From positions 1 to 33,079 of the forward strand of contig JAZGJJ010000114.1 of assembly GCA_036482575.1 (NCBI GenBank): a stretch of 33,079 bases of DNA, given 5' to 3'. How positions within the stretch are numbered: the first letter of the stretch is position 1; each line of letters starts with the position of its first letter. The stretch is from Thermodesulfobacteriota bacterium. GTDB taxonomy: Bacteria > Desulfobacterota > GWC2-55-46 > JAUVFY01. This document shows, one piece after another, positions 24,278 to 33,079 of the stretch. A program made the translations under genes and the position numbers. The notes beneath the pieces are model-generated. The model ran no database searches. It saw only the letters and a list, made by a program, of their open reading frames with translations, and was not told the DNA's origin.

Positions 24278-25671
24278 CAGGCCGTCTCCTTCCTGCGCTT
24301 TTCCTTCAAGAGGTCGAGCAGCCCCTCACCGGCCTTCCAGACGTCCCCGGCGCCGAGCGTTATGACCATGTCGCCCGCCCTTACACTGTCGACGAGGCGG
24401 GCCGGCACCTCGCTCAAATCCTTTACGAAAGATACGTCCTTGTGCCCGTGCTCCTTTACGGCACGGTAGAGTTTTTCGGCCGAAGCGCCGCCAGAGTGCT
24501 TCTCCCCGGCCGAGTAGGTCTCGGTAAGCACGAGCTTCTCCGCGTCGTTAAAGGCGGGGATGAACTCGGTGAAGAGGTCTCTGGTCCTCGAGTGCCTGTG
24601 CGGCTGAAACACCACGACGAGCCTCCTCTTCCAGCCCGCCCTGGCGGCCTTAAGGACCGCCTTTATCTCGACCGGGTGGTGCCCGTAGTCGTCCACCACC
24701 ATGACGTCCCTCTCAATCCCCTTTATCTGGAACCTTCTCTCCACACCGGCGAAGCCCTCGAGCCCGGCCCTTATCTCGTCGAACCCTATATCGAGCTCCC
24801 TTGCCACGGCCACGGCCGCCAGCGCGTTCTGGACGTTGTGCTCGCCCGGTATCCCCATCACGACCGACCCCAGACGCCTCGCCTCGGCCCGGACCTCGAA
24901 AGATATCTTCCCGCCCTTCTGCTCCACCCCGACGGCATGCACGTCCGCCTGGGTGGAAAGACCGTAGGATATGAACCTGCGGCCCACCGAAGGCAAAAGC
25001 TCCTGTATGGCCGGGTGGTCGAGGCAGAGGACCGCGCAGCCGTAGAACGGCACCTTGTTTATGAACTCCAGGTAGGACGCCTTGATCTCGCTCATGTCGT
25101 TGTAATAGTCCATGTGCTCGCGGTCTATGCTCGTCACCACCGCTATGGTGGGTGCAAGTTTCAAGAAAGTCCCGTCGCTCTCGTCGGCCTCGGCCACGAG
25201 GAACTCGCCGCTCCCGAGCCTCGCGCTCGTGCCTATGGAGTTGAGCTTCCCTCCGACGACCATTGTGGGGTCCATCCCGGAGTGCGCCATTATCGCGGCT
25301 ATCATCGAGGTGGTGGTGGTCTTGCCGTGCGTACCGGCTACGGCTATGCCGTGCTTCATCTTCATAAGCTCGGCGAGCATTTCGGCCCTGGGGATTATGG
25401 GTATCTGCCTCTGCGCGGCCTCTTTAAGCTCCGGGTTGTCGGGCCCGACCGCCGAGGAGTAGACCACACAGTCCGCGCCCTCCACGTTCTCCTTCTTGTG
25501 CCCACGGTGTATTACGGCCCCGAGAGCTTCGAGCCTCTTTGTCGTCTCCGAGGACGCGAGGTCCGAGCCCGAGACCCGGTAGTCGAGAGTCAGGAGCACC
25601 TCGGCTATGCCGTTCATGCCGCTGCCCCCTATGCCGACGAAGTGCACCTTTTTTATCCTGCCCCTGTACAT
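24277..25671 (-). CDS. murC: UDP-N-acetylmuramate--L-alanine ligase
   Basis: [39 protein letters not shown]. Confidence 0.95.
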   Translation of the reverse strand: MYRGRIKKVHFVGIGGSGMNGIAEVLLTLDYRVSGSDLASSETTKRLEALGAVIHRGHKKENVEGADCVVYSSAVGPDNPELKEAAQRQIPIIPRAEMLAELMKMKHGIAVAGTHGKTTTTSMIAAIMAHSGMDPTMVVGGKLNSIGTSARLGSGEFLVAEADESDGTFLKLAPTIAVVTSIDREHMDYYNDMSEIKASYLEFINKVPFYGCAVLCLDHPAIQELLPSVGRRFISYGLSTQADVHAVGVEQKGGKISFEVRAEARRLGSVVMGIPGEHNVQNALAAVAVARELDIGFDEIRAGLEGFAGVERRFQIKGIERDVMVVDDYGHHPVEIKAVLKAARAGWKRRLVVVFQPHRHSRTRDLFTEFIPAFNDAEKLVLTETYSAGEKHSGGASAEKLYRAVKEHGHKDVSFVKDLSEVPARLVDSVRAGDMVITLGAGDVWKAGEGLLDLLKEKRRKETA

Positions 25672-26765
25672 CAGCCCCGCTCCTCTCCGGCCAGAACTTT
25701 TACGTAGTCATCCGCTATAGTAGCCGCGGCCCCGGGCCTCCCGAGCCCCTTTACCTCTTCCCTCATCCTCTTAAGCTCCCGGCGGTCCTCGAAGAACCCC
25801 CTTATAACGCGCGCGAGCGTGGAGCCGGTGAGCTCGTCCTGCCTTATCATAACGGCAGCACCACTATCGGCCAGGCACCTTGCGTTCACCTCCTGATGGC
25901 CGTCGGTGGCAAAGGGGTAGGGCACGAGAATGGCCGGCAGCCCCAGGGCCGTTATCTCCGCGATGCTCGTGGCCCCGGCCCTGCACACCACCAGGTCGCT
26001 CGATGCGTAGGTCTCCGCCATGTTTTCTATGAAGCTGTGCAGCTCCACCTTGAGCCCCTTCCTCGAGTAGGCGGCCTTGGCCGCCCCCAGACCCTCGTAG
26101 CCGGTCTGGTGTACCACCCGGAGCGAACTCCAGATGTCGGTCAGGTATTCGGTGGCGTCCAGGAAGGCCGCGTTTATGGGCGTGGCCCCCTGGCTCCCGC
26201 CGAATACGAAGATGTTGAGCTTGCCGTTGCTCTTCCTTACCTCCCCGGCCCTGGCCTCGATTATGTCCCGCCTAACGGGGTTCCCTGCCATTACGACCCG
26301 GGCGGCGGGGAAATAAGCTGCGACGTCCTCGAAAGCTATGTACACCCTGTCAACGAACCTCCCGAGCAGTTTATTCGTAAGGCCGGGCACCGCGTTCTGC
26401 TCGAGTATCGCGGTCTTTATACCCATAAGCTTCGCTGCCAGCACGACGGGCCCCGAGGCGTAGCTGCCCGAGCCTATCACCCCGTCGGGCCGTATCTTCC
26501 TTAAGAGCCCCAAGGAGCTAACCGTGGCCCCGACCGCCCTGTAGAGCGCCTTTACCAGACCGAGCCCCCTCCTCTTTTTAATGGCCTCCACCCGGAGGAC
26601 CTCAAGCTCGTAGCCGTAGCCGGGCACGACCTTCTCCTCGAGCCCCCCCCTTCCGCCTATGAACGTTATCTCGGTAGTCCGGTCCCGCCTCGTAAACTCT
26701 TCGGCGAGGGCGAGCGCGGGGAAGAGATGCCCCCCGGTGCCGCCCCCCGCTATCACAAGCCTCAA
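25671..26765 (-). CDS. murG: Undecaprenyldiphospho-muramoylpentapeptide beta-N-acetylglucosaminyltransferase
   Basis: [23 protein letters not shown]. Start set at TTG 26765 (AAGGAGG 7 nt upstream, in frame). The 652-aa track ORF would overlap ftsW. Confidence 0.92.
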   Translation of the reverse strand: MRLVIAGGGTGGHLFPALALAEEFTRRDRTTEITFIGGRGGLEEKVVPGYGYELEVLRVEAIKKRRGLGLVKALYRAVGATVSSLGLLRKIRPDGVIGSGSYASGPVVLAAKLMGIKTAILEQNAVPGLTNKLLGRFVDRVYIAFEDVAAYFPAARVVMAGNPVRRDIIEARAGEVRKSNGKLNIFVFGGSQGATPINAAFLDATEYLTDIWSSLRVVHQTGYEGLGAAKAAYSRKGLKVELHSFIENMAETYASSDLVVCRAGATSIAEITALGLPAILVPYPFATDGHQEVNARCLADSGAAVMIRQDELTGSTLARVIRGFFEDRRELKRMREEVKGLGRPGAAATIADDYVKVLAGEERG

Positions 26766-26782
26766 CCCCGTACCTCCTTGGT

Positions 26783-27895
26783 TCAAGCCTCGTTGGACTT
26801 CATATATACGTTCAACATTATACCGACCGCGGCCATGCTCACCACAAGCGAGGTGCCGCCGTAGCTTATAAAGGGGAGCGTAAGCCCCTTTGGCGGAAGC
26901 ATCCCGAGCACCACGGCCATATTGACCGCGGCCTGCATAACGAGCATGAGCGTAAGGCCGAGCACCAGGTATGTCCCGAAGAGGTCGGAGGCCCTCAAGG
27001 CTATCCTCACCCCGCTGACAAGGAAGAGTATATAGAGGGCTATTATCATACCGACCCCCACAAGCCCCATCTCCTCGCCTATGACCGAGAATATGAAGTC
27101 CGTATGCGCCTCCGGCAGGTACAGCAACTTCTGTTTTCCCTCCCCGAGCCCCACGCCCCATATACCCCCGGAACCGAACGCTATGAACGACTGGACTATC
27201 TGAAAGCCCGCGCCGCTGGGGTCCTTCCAGGGGTCCAGGAAAATCATTATCCTCTTCGTCATATAGCCGAACTTCGTTACCACCAGGTAGAGGACCGGCA
27301 GCGCCGCCACCACGAGGCCGGCGAGATAGGTGACCCTCACCCCGGCGGCGAAGTTCATAATAAGCACCAGTATGGCGAGCGTGACCGCCGTGCCGAAGTC
27401 CGGCTCGGCCATTATGAGCGCCACGATCACGCCCGGTATGAGCACGTTCGGGAGAAAGCCGGTTGAAAAATCCTTTACCCCCTCCCCCCTCGATGCAAGC
27501 GAATAGGCGAGGAATACGACCACCGCCGGCTTCGCGAACTCGGAGGGCTGAAAGGTGAACCCGCCGAGATTGACCCACCGCCTCGCGCCACCCACCTCGT
27601 GGCCGAAGGCCGGGACGAATATAAGACACAGAAGAAACGCCGCCAGCAGAAGTATCGGATAGGCGAGCTTCCGGTAGATCCCGTATGGAATGCGCGTCGA
27701 GAAAACAAACAGCACCAGACCGGCAAGGGCGAAGCTCAAGTGCCGCTTCAAGAAGAAGTACTCGCTCCCGAACTTCTTCATGCCCACCACGAAGCTCGTC
27801 GAGTAGACCATGACCACCCCGGCCGTGACCAGAAGGAGGGTGCTGGCTATAAGCAGCTTATCCACTTCTTTCGTCCCTACCATCGCCGTCCTCAC
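26783..27895 (-). CDS. ftsW: Peptidoglycan glycosyltransferase FtsW (SEDS family)
   Basis: Polytopic membrane protein. Blocks PSEFAKP, LQPDFG-like (AEPDFGT), LPEAHTDFIF and GLTLPFISYGGTS. Confidence 0.93.
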   Translation of the reverse strand: MRTAMVGTKEVDKLLIASTLLLVTAGVVMVYSTSFVVGMKKFGSEYFFLKRHLSFALAGLVLFVFSTRIPYGIYRKLAYPILLLAAFLLCLIFVPAFGHEVGGARRWVNLGGFTFQPSEFAKPAVVVFLAYSLASRGEGVKDFSTGFLPNVLIPGVIVALIMAEPDFGTAVTLAILVLIMNFAAGVRVTYLAGLVVAALPVLYLVVTKFGYMTKRIMIFLDPWKDPSGAGFQIVQSFIAFGSGGIWGVGLGEGKQKLLYLPEAHTDFIFSVIGEEMGLVGVGMIIALYILFLVSGVRIALRASDLFGTYLVLGLTLMLVMQAAVNMAVVLGMLPPKGLTLPFISYGGTSLVVSMAAVGIMLNVYMKSNEA

Positions 27896-29268
27896 CGTAA
27901 GGCCATGACGAGCTCTTTAAACGCCTCGCCCCTCTCCTCGAAGCTCTCGAACATATCGAAGCTCGAACAGGCCGGAGAGAGGAGCACCGTGTCCCCGGCC
28001 CGGGCCGCCGCCGACGCCGTTTCCACGGCTTCGGCCAGCCCGCCTGCGAGTACCGTCTCCGTAACGTCGCCGAGCGCCTCTTTCATCTTGCTCCTCGCTT
28101 CACCCATGAGGACGAGGAGCCTGACGTTGCGCCCTATCGCTTCCCTTAAGACCCCGTAGTCGCCGCCCTTGTCGACCCCGCCGGCCAGCAGCACTACCGG
28201 GCCGCCGGTAGCCTCTATCGCCCTCAGGACCGCGTCCGTGTTGGTGGCCTTCGAGTCGTTTACGTAGCCGACCCCTTCGAACTCCCTTACCGGCTCCATC
28301 CTGTGCGGCAGGCCTCTAAACCCGTTGACCGCCTCGACTATCGTCTCCCGCGGTACGCCGACGGTCCTTGCCGCGGCTACGGCGGCCATTACGTTCTCGA
28401 TATTATGAAGGCCCTTCAGCTTAAAGCCCCCGGTCGGGTAAAGCTCGCGGCCGGCGGCGGAGGCAAAGACTATATCCCCTCCGTCACGGTATAGACCCTC
28501 GTCAAGCTGCCCGGCGCCCGTAAAGGGTATGACCGCGGCCTTGAGCTCCGCGCGAGAGACCGCGTCGGCCACGACCCTGTCGCCTACGTTAATAACCGCG
28601 TAGTCGTCCGCGCCCTGGTTGCTGAAAATCCTCATCTTCGTCTCCGCGTACTCTTCGAACTCCCTGTACCTGTAGAGGTGGTCCTCGGTTACGTTCAGGA
28701 GGACCGCCACATGCGGCCTGAAAGTCTCTATCGCCTCGAGGTGGAAGCTGCTCACCTCTAAGACCACCAGCTCGGCGTCCTCCGCCCCTTCGAAGTACTC
28801 GGTTACCGGGGTGCCTATGTTGCCTCCCACGAAGACCTTCCTGCCGTGGGCCCCGAGCACCGCACCGAGGAGTTCCACCACGGTGGACTTGCCGTTGGTG
28901 CCGGTGACCGCGACTATGGGGACCTCGATAAAGCGACAAGCGAGTTCTATGTCGCTTACCACCTCGACCCCGGCCGCCGCGGCACGAACGAGTTCGGGAA
29001 GCGTCCGCGGCACGCCCGGGCTCACCACTATCATGTCGGCCCCGAGAAAACTCTCGGGGTTGTGGGCCCCGGCCTCCACCACGACTCCGAGCCCAAGAAG
29101 CTCGGCCGCGCCGAAAAGCTCTTCTACCGGGCTTATGTCGGTGGCCGTTACCTCGGCCCCGCTCCGCCGAAGGAAGCGGGAGACGGACACCCCGCTCCGC
29201 CCGAGGCCCACGACCAGGACCTTCCTGCCCGAAAGCGTATTGAGGGCCTTTGCACTCCCCTCTCCCAC
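27892..29268 (-). CDS. murD: UDP-N-acetylmuramoylalanine--D-glutamate ligase
   Basis: KVLVVGLGRSGVS, VTGTNGKSTV. Probable start is GTG 29268, 2 nt after the mraY stop. The track start at 29358 would overlap mraY by 88 nt. Confidence 0.9.
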   Translation of the reverse strand: MGEGSAKALNTLSGRKVLVVGLGRSGVSVSRFLRRSGAEVTATDISPVEELFGAAELLGLGVVVEAGAHNPESFLGADMIVVSPGVPRTLPELVRAAAAGVEVVSDIELACRFIEVPIVAVTGTNGKSTVVELLGAVLGAHGRKVFVGGNIGTPVTEYFEGAEDAELVVLEVSSFHLEAIETFRPHVAVLLNVTEDHLYRYREFEEYAETKMRIFSNQGADDYAVINVGDRVVADAVSRAELKAAVIPFTGAGQLDEGLYRDGGDIVFASAAGRELYPTGGFKLKGLHNIENVMAAVAAARTVGVPRETIVEAVNGFRGLPHRMEPVREFEGVGYVNDSKATNTDAVLRAIEATGGPVVLLAGGVDKGGDYGVLREAIGRNVRLLVLMGEARSKMKEALGDVTETVLAGGLAEAVETASAAARAGDTVLLSPACSSFDMFESFEERGEAFKELVMALR

Positions 29269-29270
29269 TA

Positions 29271-30344
29271 CTACCTTATCTTGAGCGTACTTATAGCTAC
29301 GAGCGACAGTATTATCGCTATTATCCAGAACCTTACTATTATCCTCGGCTCGGGCCACCCCTTGAGTTCGAAGTGGTGGTGTATGGGCGCCATGGCAAGC
29401 ACCCTCTTGCCCCTCAGCTTGAAGGAGCCTACCTGGAATATGACCGAGAGCGCCTCCACGACGAATATCCCGCCGACGATTATAAGCAGTATTTCGTGCT
29501 TGCTGGCCACGGCCAGGGCCCCGAGCGCCCCTCCGAGCGAAAGGGCCCCTATATCCCCCATGAAGACCTGCGCGGGATAGGTGTTGAACCAGAGGAAGCC
29601 CAGGCTCGCCCCCACCATGGAGCCGGCCAGCACCGCGAGCTCACCGGACCCGGAGACGTGCATTATCTGTAAGTATTCGGCTATCTTAATGTGACCCGTA
29701 ATGTAGGTCAGGAACAGATAGGTACCTGCCGCTATGGTAACGGGCCCTATGGCCAGGCCGTCGAGCCCGTCGGTAAGGTTCACGGCGTTCGACGCCCCGG
29801 CAATGACCAGCGCCACAAAGGGTATGTACAGGATCCCGAGCTCTATGTGCACCCCTTTGAAGAACGGCACGGCTATGCCTGTATCGAACCCGGACATATA
29901 AAGGAAGAGCCCCGCGAGCAGGGCAACGACCATCTGGGAGGTGAACTTCAGAAGGGGCCTGAGCCCCTTCGGCTCCCCCTTTACCACTTTCTTATAGTCG
30001 TCCACGAAGCCTATCCCGCCCATGCCGACGATTACGAAGAGGAGGAACCAGATTAACGGGTTGGTGAGGTTCGCCCACAAGAGCACCGGCACGATTACCG
30101 CGACAAGGATCATGACACCCCCCATCGTGGGGGTCCCCGCCTTGCCCGCGTGGGTGGGCGGGCCGTCCCCCCTTATCACCTCGCCGACCTGCATGGCCGT
30201 AAGCCTCTTTATAAAGTACGGTCCGATAATGAAACTAAGCACAAGGGCCGTCACGGTCGCGTAGATAGTCCGAAACGTTATGTACTGAAATACGTTGAAG
30301 ATCGCGTGGTACTTGGCCAGTGGGTACAAAAAATGATAGAGCAC
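29271..30344 (-). CDS. mraY: Phospho-N-acetylmuramoyl-pentapeptide transferase
   Basis: (V)[24 protein letters not shown] is the canonical MraY N-terminus. GTG 30344 is preceded by TAAGGAGAGGGG. Also contains [13 protein letters not shown]. Confidence 0.95.
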   Translation of the reverse strand: MLYHFLYPLAKYHAIFNVFQYITFRTIYATVTALVLSFIIGPYFIKRLTAMQVGEVIRGDGPPTHAGKAGTPTMGGVMILVAVIVPVLLWANLTNPLIWFLLFVIVGMGGIGFVDDYKKVVKGEPKGLRPLLKFTSQMVVALLAGLFLYMSGFDTGIAVPFFKGVHIELGILYIPFVALVIAGASNAVNLTDGLDGLAIGPVTIAAGTYLFLTYITGHIKIAEYLQIMHVSGSGELAVLAGSMVGASLGFLWFNTYPAQVFMGDIGALSLGGALGALAVASKHEILLIIVGGIFVVEALSVIFQVGSFKLRGKRVLAMAPIHHHFELKGWPEPRIIVRFWIIAIILSLVAISTLKIR

Positions 30345-30348
30345 TTTT

Positions 30349-30361
30349 CCCCTCTCCTTAT
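30349..30361. repeat. 13-bp direct repeat, copy 1 (CCCCTCTCCTTAT), at the mraY-proximal edge of the insertion
   Basis: Identical to 31602-31614. It contains the mraY SD and the TAA stop of the 260-aa ORF. Confidence 0.9.
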
Positions 30362-31140
30362 CCCGTCCCTGCGGGAGGATAAAACACACCCAATATCATG
30401 AACTTATCCCTGAACCTTTGCCAATTCCCCACGAAAAAATAGATGTCGTTCTTCTCTGCGCATATTCTATCGAGCCACGTTTCTTTTATTTTCTCCAACA
30501 AAGTGTTTTCATCCTTATATCTCCCTCGCCACTGCCTATACGCTTGACCTATTTCCCAATCGATTATAGGCAAAGTATGGCCTGCACATCCGGGTTCACC
30601 CTGGCAATAAAAAGAATACCTAAAGTCATACGGTATGGGTTCTATTGCCTCCATTCTTTTGTTGTAGAAGCTAAGTTGCGCATAGCAACTCTTCCTCTCT
30701 TGTTGATCTTTTTTCCTGGCCACCTTCCAGTGAAAACCTATATTATGAGGCCTAAACATGCCCAAAGATTTGTCCTTGCTTTTACTCTCCCCATAAACTT
30801 CACACAACGAGGCAGAGACGGTAGGCAAAAGCACCTTCTTTCTCTTCTCCCACCCATTGCTTGTATCGTACACATCGACCACGTTTATCTTGTTGCTAAT
30901 GTCGACCTTAAAACTCTCCGGCCGCGCATCGTCTTTTGCCTTTGAGACTTTTACCTCGATCACACTATACTTCTTGAACCTTTCAGCACTATCCAAGTCT
31001 CTAAAAGGTATGGGGTAAAGTCTTCTCCATTCCCCGCTATCAATATCTACACCGGCAACGCAAACGGTTTCCCCGTACTTCTTGCTCGGATTCGGGTAAG
31101 CCTTAACAGCCACAAGAACTCGTTTGGTTTCCCAAAGCAA
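30358..31140 (-). CDS. Hypothetical 260-aa protein, partner of DUF488; no family recognised
   Basis: Long low-GC ORF co-oriented with DUF488 and 9 nt downstream of it. TTG start after GGGGGAG. Features: [52 protein letters not shown]. Confidence 0.75.
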   Translation of the reverse strand: MLWETKRVLVAVKAYPNPSKKYGETVCVAGVDIDSGEWRRLYPIPFRDLDSAERFKKYSVIEVKVSKAKDDARPESFKVDISNKINVVDVYDTSNGWEKRKKVLLPTVSASLCEVYGESKSKDKSLGMFRPHNIGFHWKVARKKDQQERKSCYAQLSFYNKRMEAIEPIPYDFRYSFYCQGEPGCAGHTLPIIDWEIGQAYRQWRGRYKDENTLLEKIKETWLDRICAEKNDIYFFVGNWQRFRDKFMILGVFYPPAGTG

Positions 31141-31601
31141 TGACTCCCCCTATAAATGTTTTATTATAAGCCCATTGCCGTCCACTTCCTTAATCTTCTC
31201 GGCCACTATCTTCCTATGGCAATCAGAAGGTTCTTTCTCCATACACATAAAACAGCTAACCCCATGAACTATAGTATTAAGATACAAGTCCCTGACAACG
31301 CTCATCTGTGTCTTCAGATGCTTCCGATACTCTTTGAAAAAATAGTCGTAGTCGTTGTCTTGATAGAGTTTCTGCCGCAATTCCTTTGGGCTTCCTAATT
31401 CTTTCGTGTGCACATACATTATATTGAACCGACCGAGATACTCCTTGAGTTTATTTTTTGAAAACCCGGGTTTTCGGCTGGCCGGAACCTCTCTAACATC
31501 AATAAGAACGTTAACCCCAAATTGTTGGAGTCTTTCAACGAAGTCCTCAATTTTCCTCTTTTCGTATCCTATGGTAAATACCGATATCGGCTCCATGTTA
31601 G
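30362..31601 (-). other. Low-GC two-gene insertion inside the dcw operon (no mobility gene)
   Basis: Bounded by the 13-bp direct repeat. Hand count gives 24/60 G+C for 31141-31200, against 36/60 for 31681-31740 in murF. Confidence 0.75.
31150..31596 (-). CDS. DUF488 family protein
   Basis: VFTIGYEKRKIEDFVERLQQFGVNVLIDVREVPASRKPGFSKNKL, YVHTKELGSP, and CFMCMEKEPSDCHRKIVAEKI are typical DUF488 blocks. Confidence 0.88.
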   Translation of the reverse strand: MEPISVFTIGYEKRKIEDFVERLQQFGVNVLIDVREVPASRKPGFSKNKLKEYLGRFNIMYVHTKELGSPKELRQKLYQDNDYDYFFKEYRKHLKTQMSVVRDLYLNTIVHGVSCFMCMEKEPSDCHRKIVAEKIKEVDGNGLIIKHL

Positions 31602-31614
31602 CCCCTCTCCTTAT
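31602..31614. repeat. 13-bp direct repeat, copy 2 (CCCCTCTCCTTAT), at the murF-proximal edge of the insertion
   Basis: Contains the murF TAA stop and serves as the SD for the DUF488 gene (TAAGGAGAGGGG-CTAAC-ATG). Confidence 0.9.
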
Positions 31615-33062
31615 AAACCGTTTGAACGTGCCGCTTTCCCCAACCGTTCCTCCTTCAAGCCCTCCACCAGCTCTTCCATCCTGACGGCCCTTGAACCCTT
31701 AATGAGGACCGTATCCCCTTTTCCGAGCGAGGAGCGGAGCATCTCTAGCGCCCCCCGGTTGTCATCGAAGCAATGTATGTTTTCTTTCTCCATGCCCCCG
31801 TCCCTCGCCCCCTCGCTTATCGCCGCCGCCCACTCCCCGACGCATAAGAGCACGTCCAGTCCGAGTTCCGCCGAGAGCTGCCCGATCTCGTGGTGCGCCT
31901 CCGAGGAGACCTTCCCGAGTTCCAGCATATCCCCGAGGACCGCCACCTTCAGGCCCGTCCCCACGCTCGAAAGGGTCTTGAGTGCCGCGGTTACGGACTC
32001 GGGGTTGGCGTTGTAGGTATCGTCGAATACAGTGAGCCCGTCGAGATCCAGGACCTCCATCCTGCCGGGCATGGGGAGGTAAGAGGTAAGCCCCTCCCGT
32101 ATCTCATCCACCCTCACCCCGAGCGAGAGGGCGGCCGCGGCCGCGGCCGCCCCGTTATAGACGTTGCACGACCACGGGGAGTTGAGCCTGACCTCGACAT
32201 CTTCGCCGCGTATCTCATATACCGTATCGATTGTATTGGCCACGTTGGCGCCGTTGCGTGAAAAGCACTTTATCCTGACCTCCGCAAAGCCGGCGAGGCC
32301 GAAGGTAATCATCCTGTCGCCCTTAAGTCCGGCACGGTCGGCGATCTTCATCACCCTCGGGTCGTCCGCGTTAACGACCCCCGTCCCCCTGGGGCCGAGC
32401 GAGCGGAAGAGATATCCCTTCTCCTCGGCCACGCCGTCGAGCGAGCCGAGCCCTTCGAGGTGCCCCCTGCCGACATTCGTAACGACCGCCACGTCCGCGC
32501 CGCATATCTCCGCGAGCCTTTCCATCTCGCCCGGCTCGCTTATGCCGAGCTCAACCACCACGACCTCCTGGACGTCGCTCAGGCCGAAAAGCGTCAGCGG
32601 CAAGCCCACGAGGTTATTCATGTTCCCCTCGGTCTTGAGTACGCTCTTCGTCGTCGAGAGTATGGAGGCCAGCATCTCCTTGACGGTGGTCTTGCCGGTG
32701 CTCCCGCTTATCGCCACGACCGGTACGGGACGGCTCCTCCTTACAAAGCCCGCGAGGTCCCCGAGTGCGGTCAGGGTATCCTTGACCGCTATGAGGTTAA
32801 AGGAAGTCGGCAGGTCCTTGACCAACACGTCCCGCATCCCCTCCTCGACCACCGCGGCCGCGACCGCGCCCGAGGCCCCCCTTTTGGCCGCCTCCCCCAC
32901 GAAGCCGTGCCCGTCGAAGTTGGGCCCCTTAAGGGCGAAGAAGAGCTCCCCCCGCCTGACGGTCCTCGTATCGGTGGACACACCCTCGGCCTGGCCGGTG
33001 CCGGCGCCGGCCAGGAGCTTCCCGCCCGTGGCCTCGATGATATCCCTTATAAGCAGCTTCAT
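31611..33062 (-). CDS. murF: UDP-N-acetylmuramoyl-tripeptide--D-alanyl-D-alanine ligase
   Basis: STDTRTVRRGELFFALKGPNFDGHGF, ISGSTGKTT, DDTYNANP. Confidence 0.95.
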   Translation of the reverse strand: MKLLIRDIIEATGGKLLAGAGTGQAEGVSTDTRTVRRGELFFALKGPNFDGHGFVGEAAKRGASGAVAAAVVEEGMRDVLVKDLPTSFNLIAVKDTLTALGDLAGFVRRSRPVPVVAISGSTGKTTVKEMLASILSTTKSVLKTEGNMNNLVGLPLTLFGLSDVQEVVVVELGISEPGEMERLAEICGADVAVVTNVGRGHLEGLGSLDGVAEEKGYLFRSLGPRGTGVVNADDPRVMKIADRAGLKGDRMITFGLAGFAEVRIKCFSRNGANVANTIDTVYEIRGEDVEVRLNSPWSCNVYNGAAAAAAALSLGVRVDEIREGLTSYLPMPGRMEVLDLDGLTVFDDTYNANPESVTAALKTLSSVGTGLKVAVLGDMLELGKVSSEAHHEIGQLSAELGLDVLLCVGEWAAAISEGARDGGMEKENIHCFDDNRGALEMLRSSLGKGDTVLIKGSRAVRMEELVEGLKEERLGKAARSNGL

Positions 33063-33079
33063 CCCTCCCCCCCCTCCCC

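Noticed and set aside
25671-27629. 652-aa ORF in the track spanning murG and much of ftsW
   Set aside because: The upstream 288 codons are Arg/Gly-rich out-of-frame shadow over the well-supported ftsW. The MurG homology starts at [12 protein letters not shown], right after an in-frame TTG at 26765 with a strong SD.
29269-30389. Longer N-termini proposed by the track for murD (to 29358) and mraY (to 30389)
   Set aside because: The extensions overlap the upstream genes and add non-conserved residues. The canonical N-termini begin at GTG 29268 (murD) and at SD-preceded GTG 30344 (mraY).
1-33079. Search for CRISPR arrays, tRNA/rRNA genes, and IS, integrase or transposase genes
   Set aside because: I saw no spaced repeat arrays. 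No intergenic region has cloverleaf or T-loop (GGTTCGAATCC-like) features. No ORF has recombinase or transposase motifs. The only repeats found are the short ones listed.

Overview
A 33-kb window from a roughly 60% G+C bacterium that I cannot identify from the sequence. There are no rRNA, tRNA, CRISPR, integrase or transposase genes. All convincing genes but one lie on the minus strand. The window has four blocks.

(1) 1-9.9 kb is a periplasmic electron-transfer island. It holds a divergent, Sec-type NosZ-like (nitrous-oxide-reductase-like) beta-propeller/CuA protein with its own promoter and a strong terminator. Downstream are a small lipoprotein, a split b6-type cytochrome b (b6 plus a subunit-IV-like protein fused to a c-haem domain) with no Rieske gene, two Vgb-like seven-bladed beta-propellers, and four to five c-type cytochromes.

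(2) 9.9-16 kb holds RNase G and two tandem B12-binding radical SAM paralogues, one of them fused to DUF2344.

(3) 16-19.1 kb is an accessory stretch: a 299-aa mini-secretin (the only plus-strand gene), a low-GC TcmP + Gp37/Gp68 (DUF5131) pair, and an orphan RHS core remnant.

(4) 19.1-33 kb is a canonical dcw cluster (ftsZ, ftsA, ftsQ, ddl, murB, murC, murG, ftsW, murD, mraY, murF). It is interrupted between murF and mraY by a low-GC two-gene cassette (DUF488 plus an unrecognisable 260-aa protein) bounded by a 13-bp direct repeat.

The best candidates for undescribed biology are the dcw-embedded DUF488 cassette, the TcmP/DUF5131 pair, and the NosZ-like / Rieske-less b6 / propeller / cytochrome island. 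All family assignments rest on motif recognition by eye and need profile searches.
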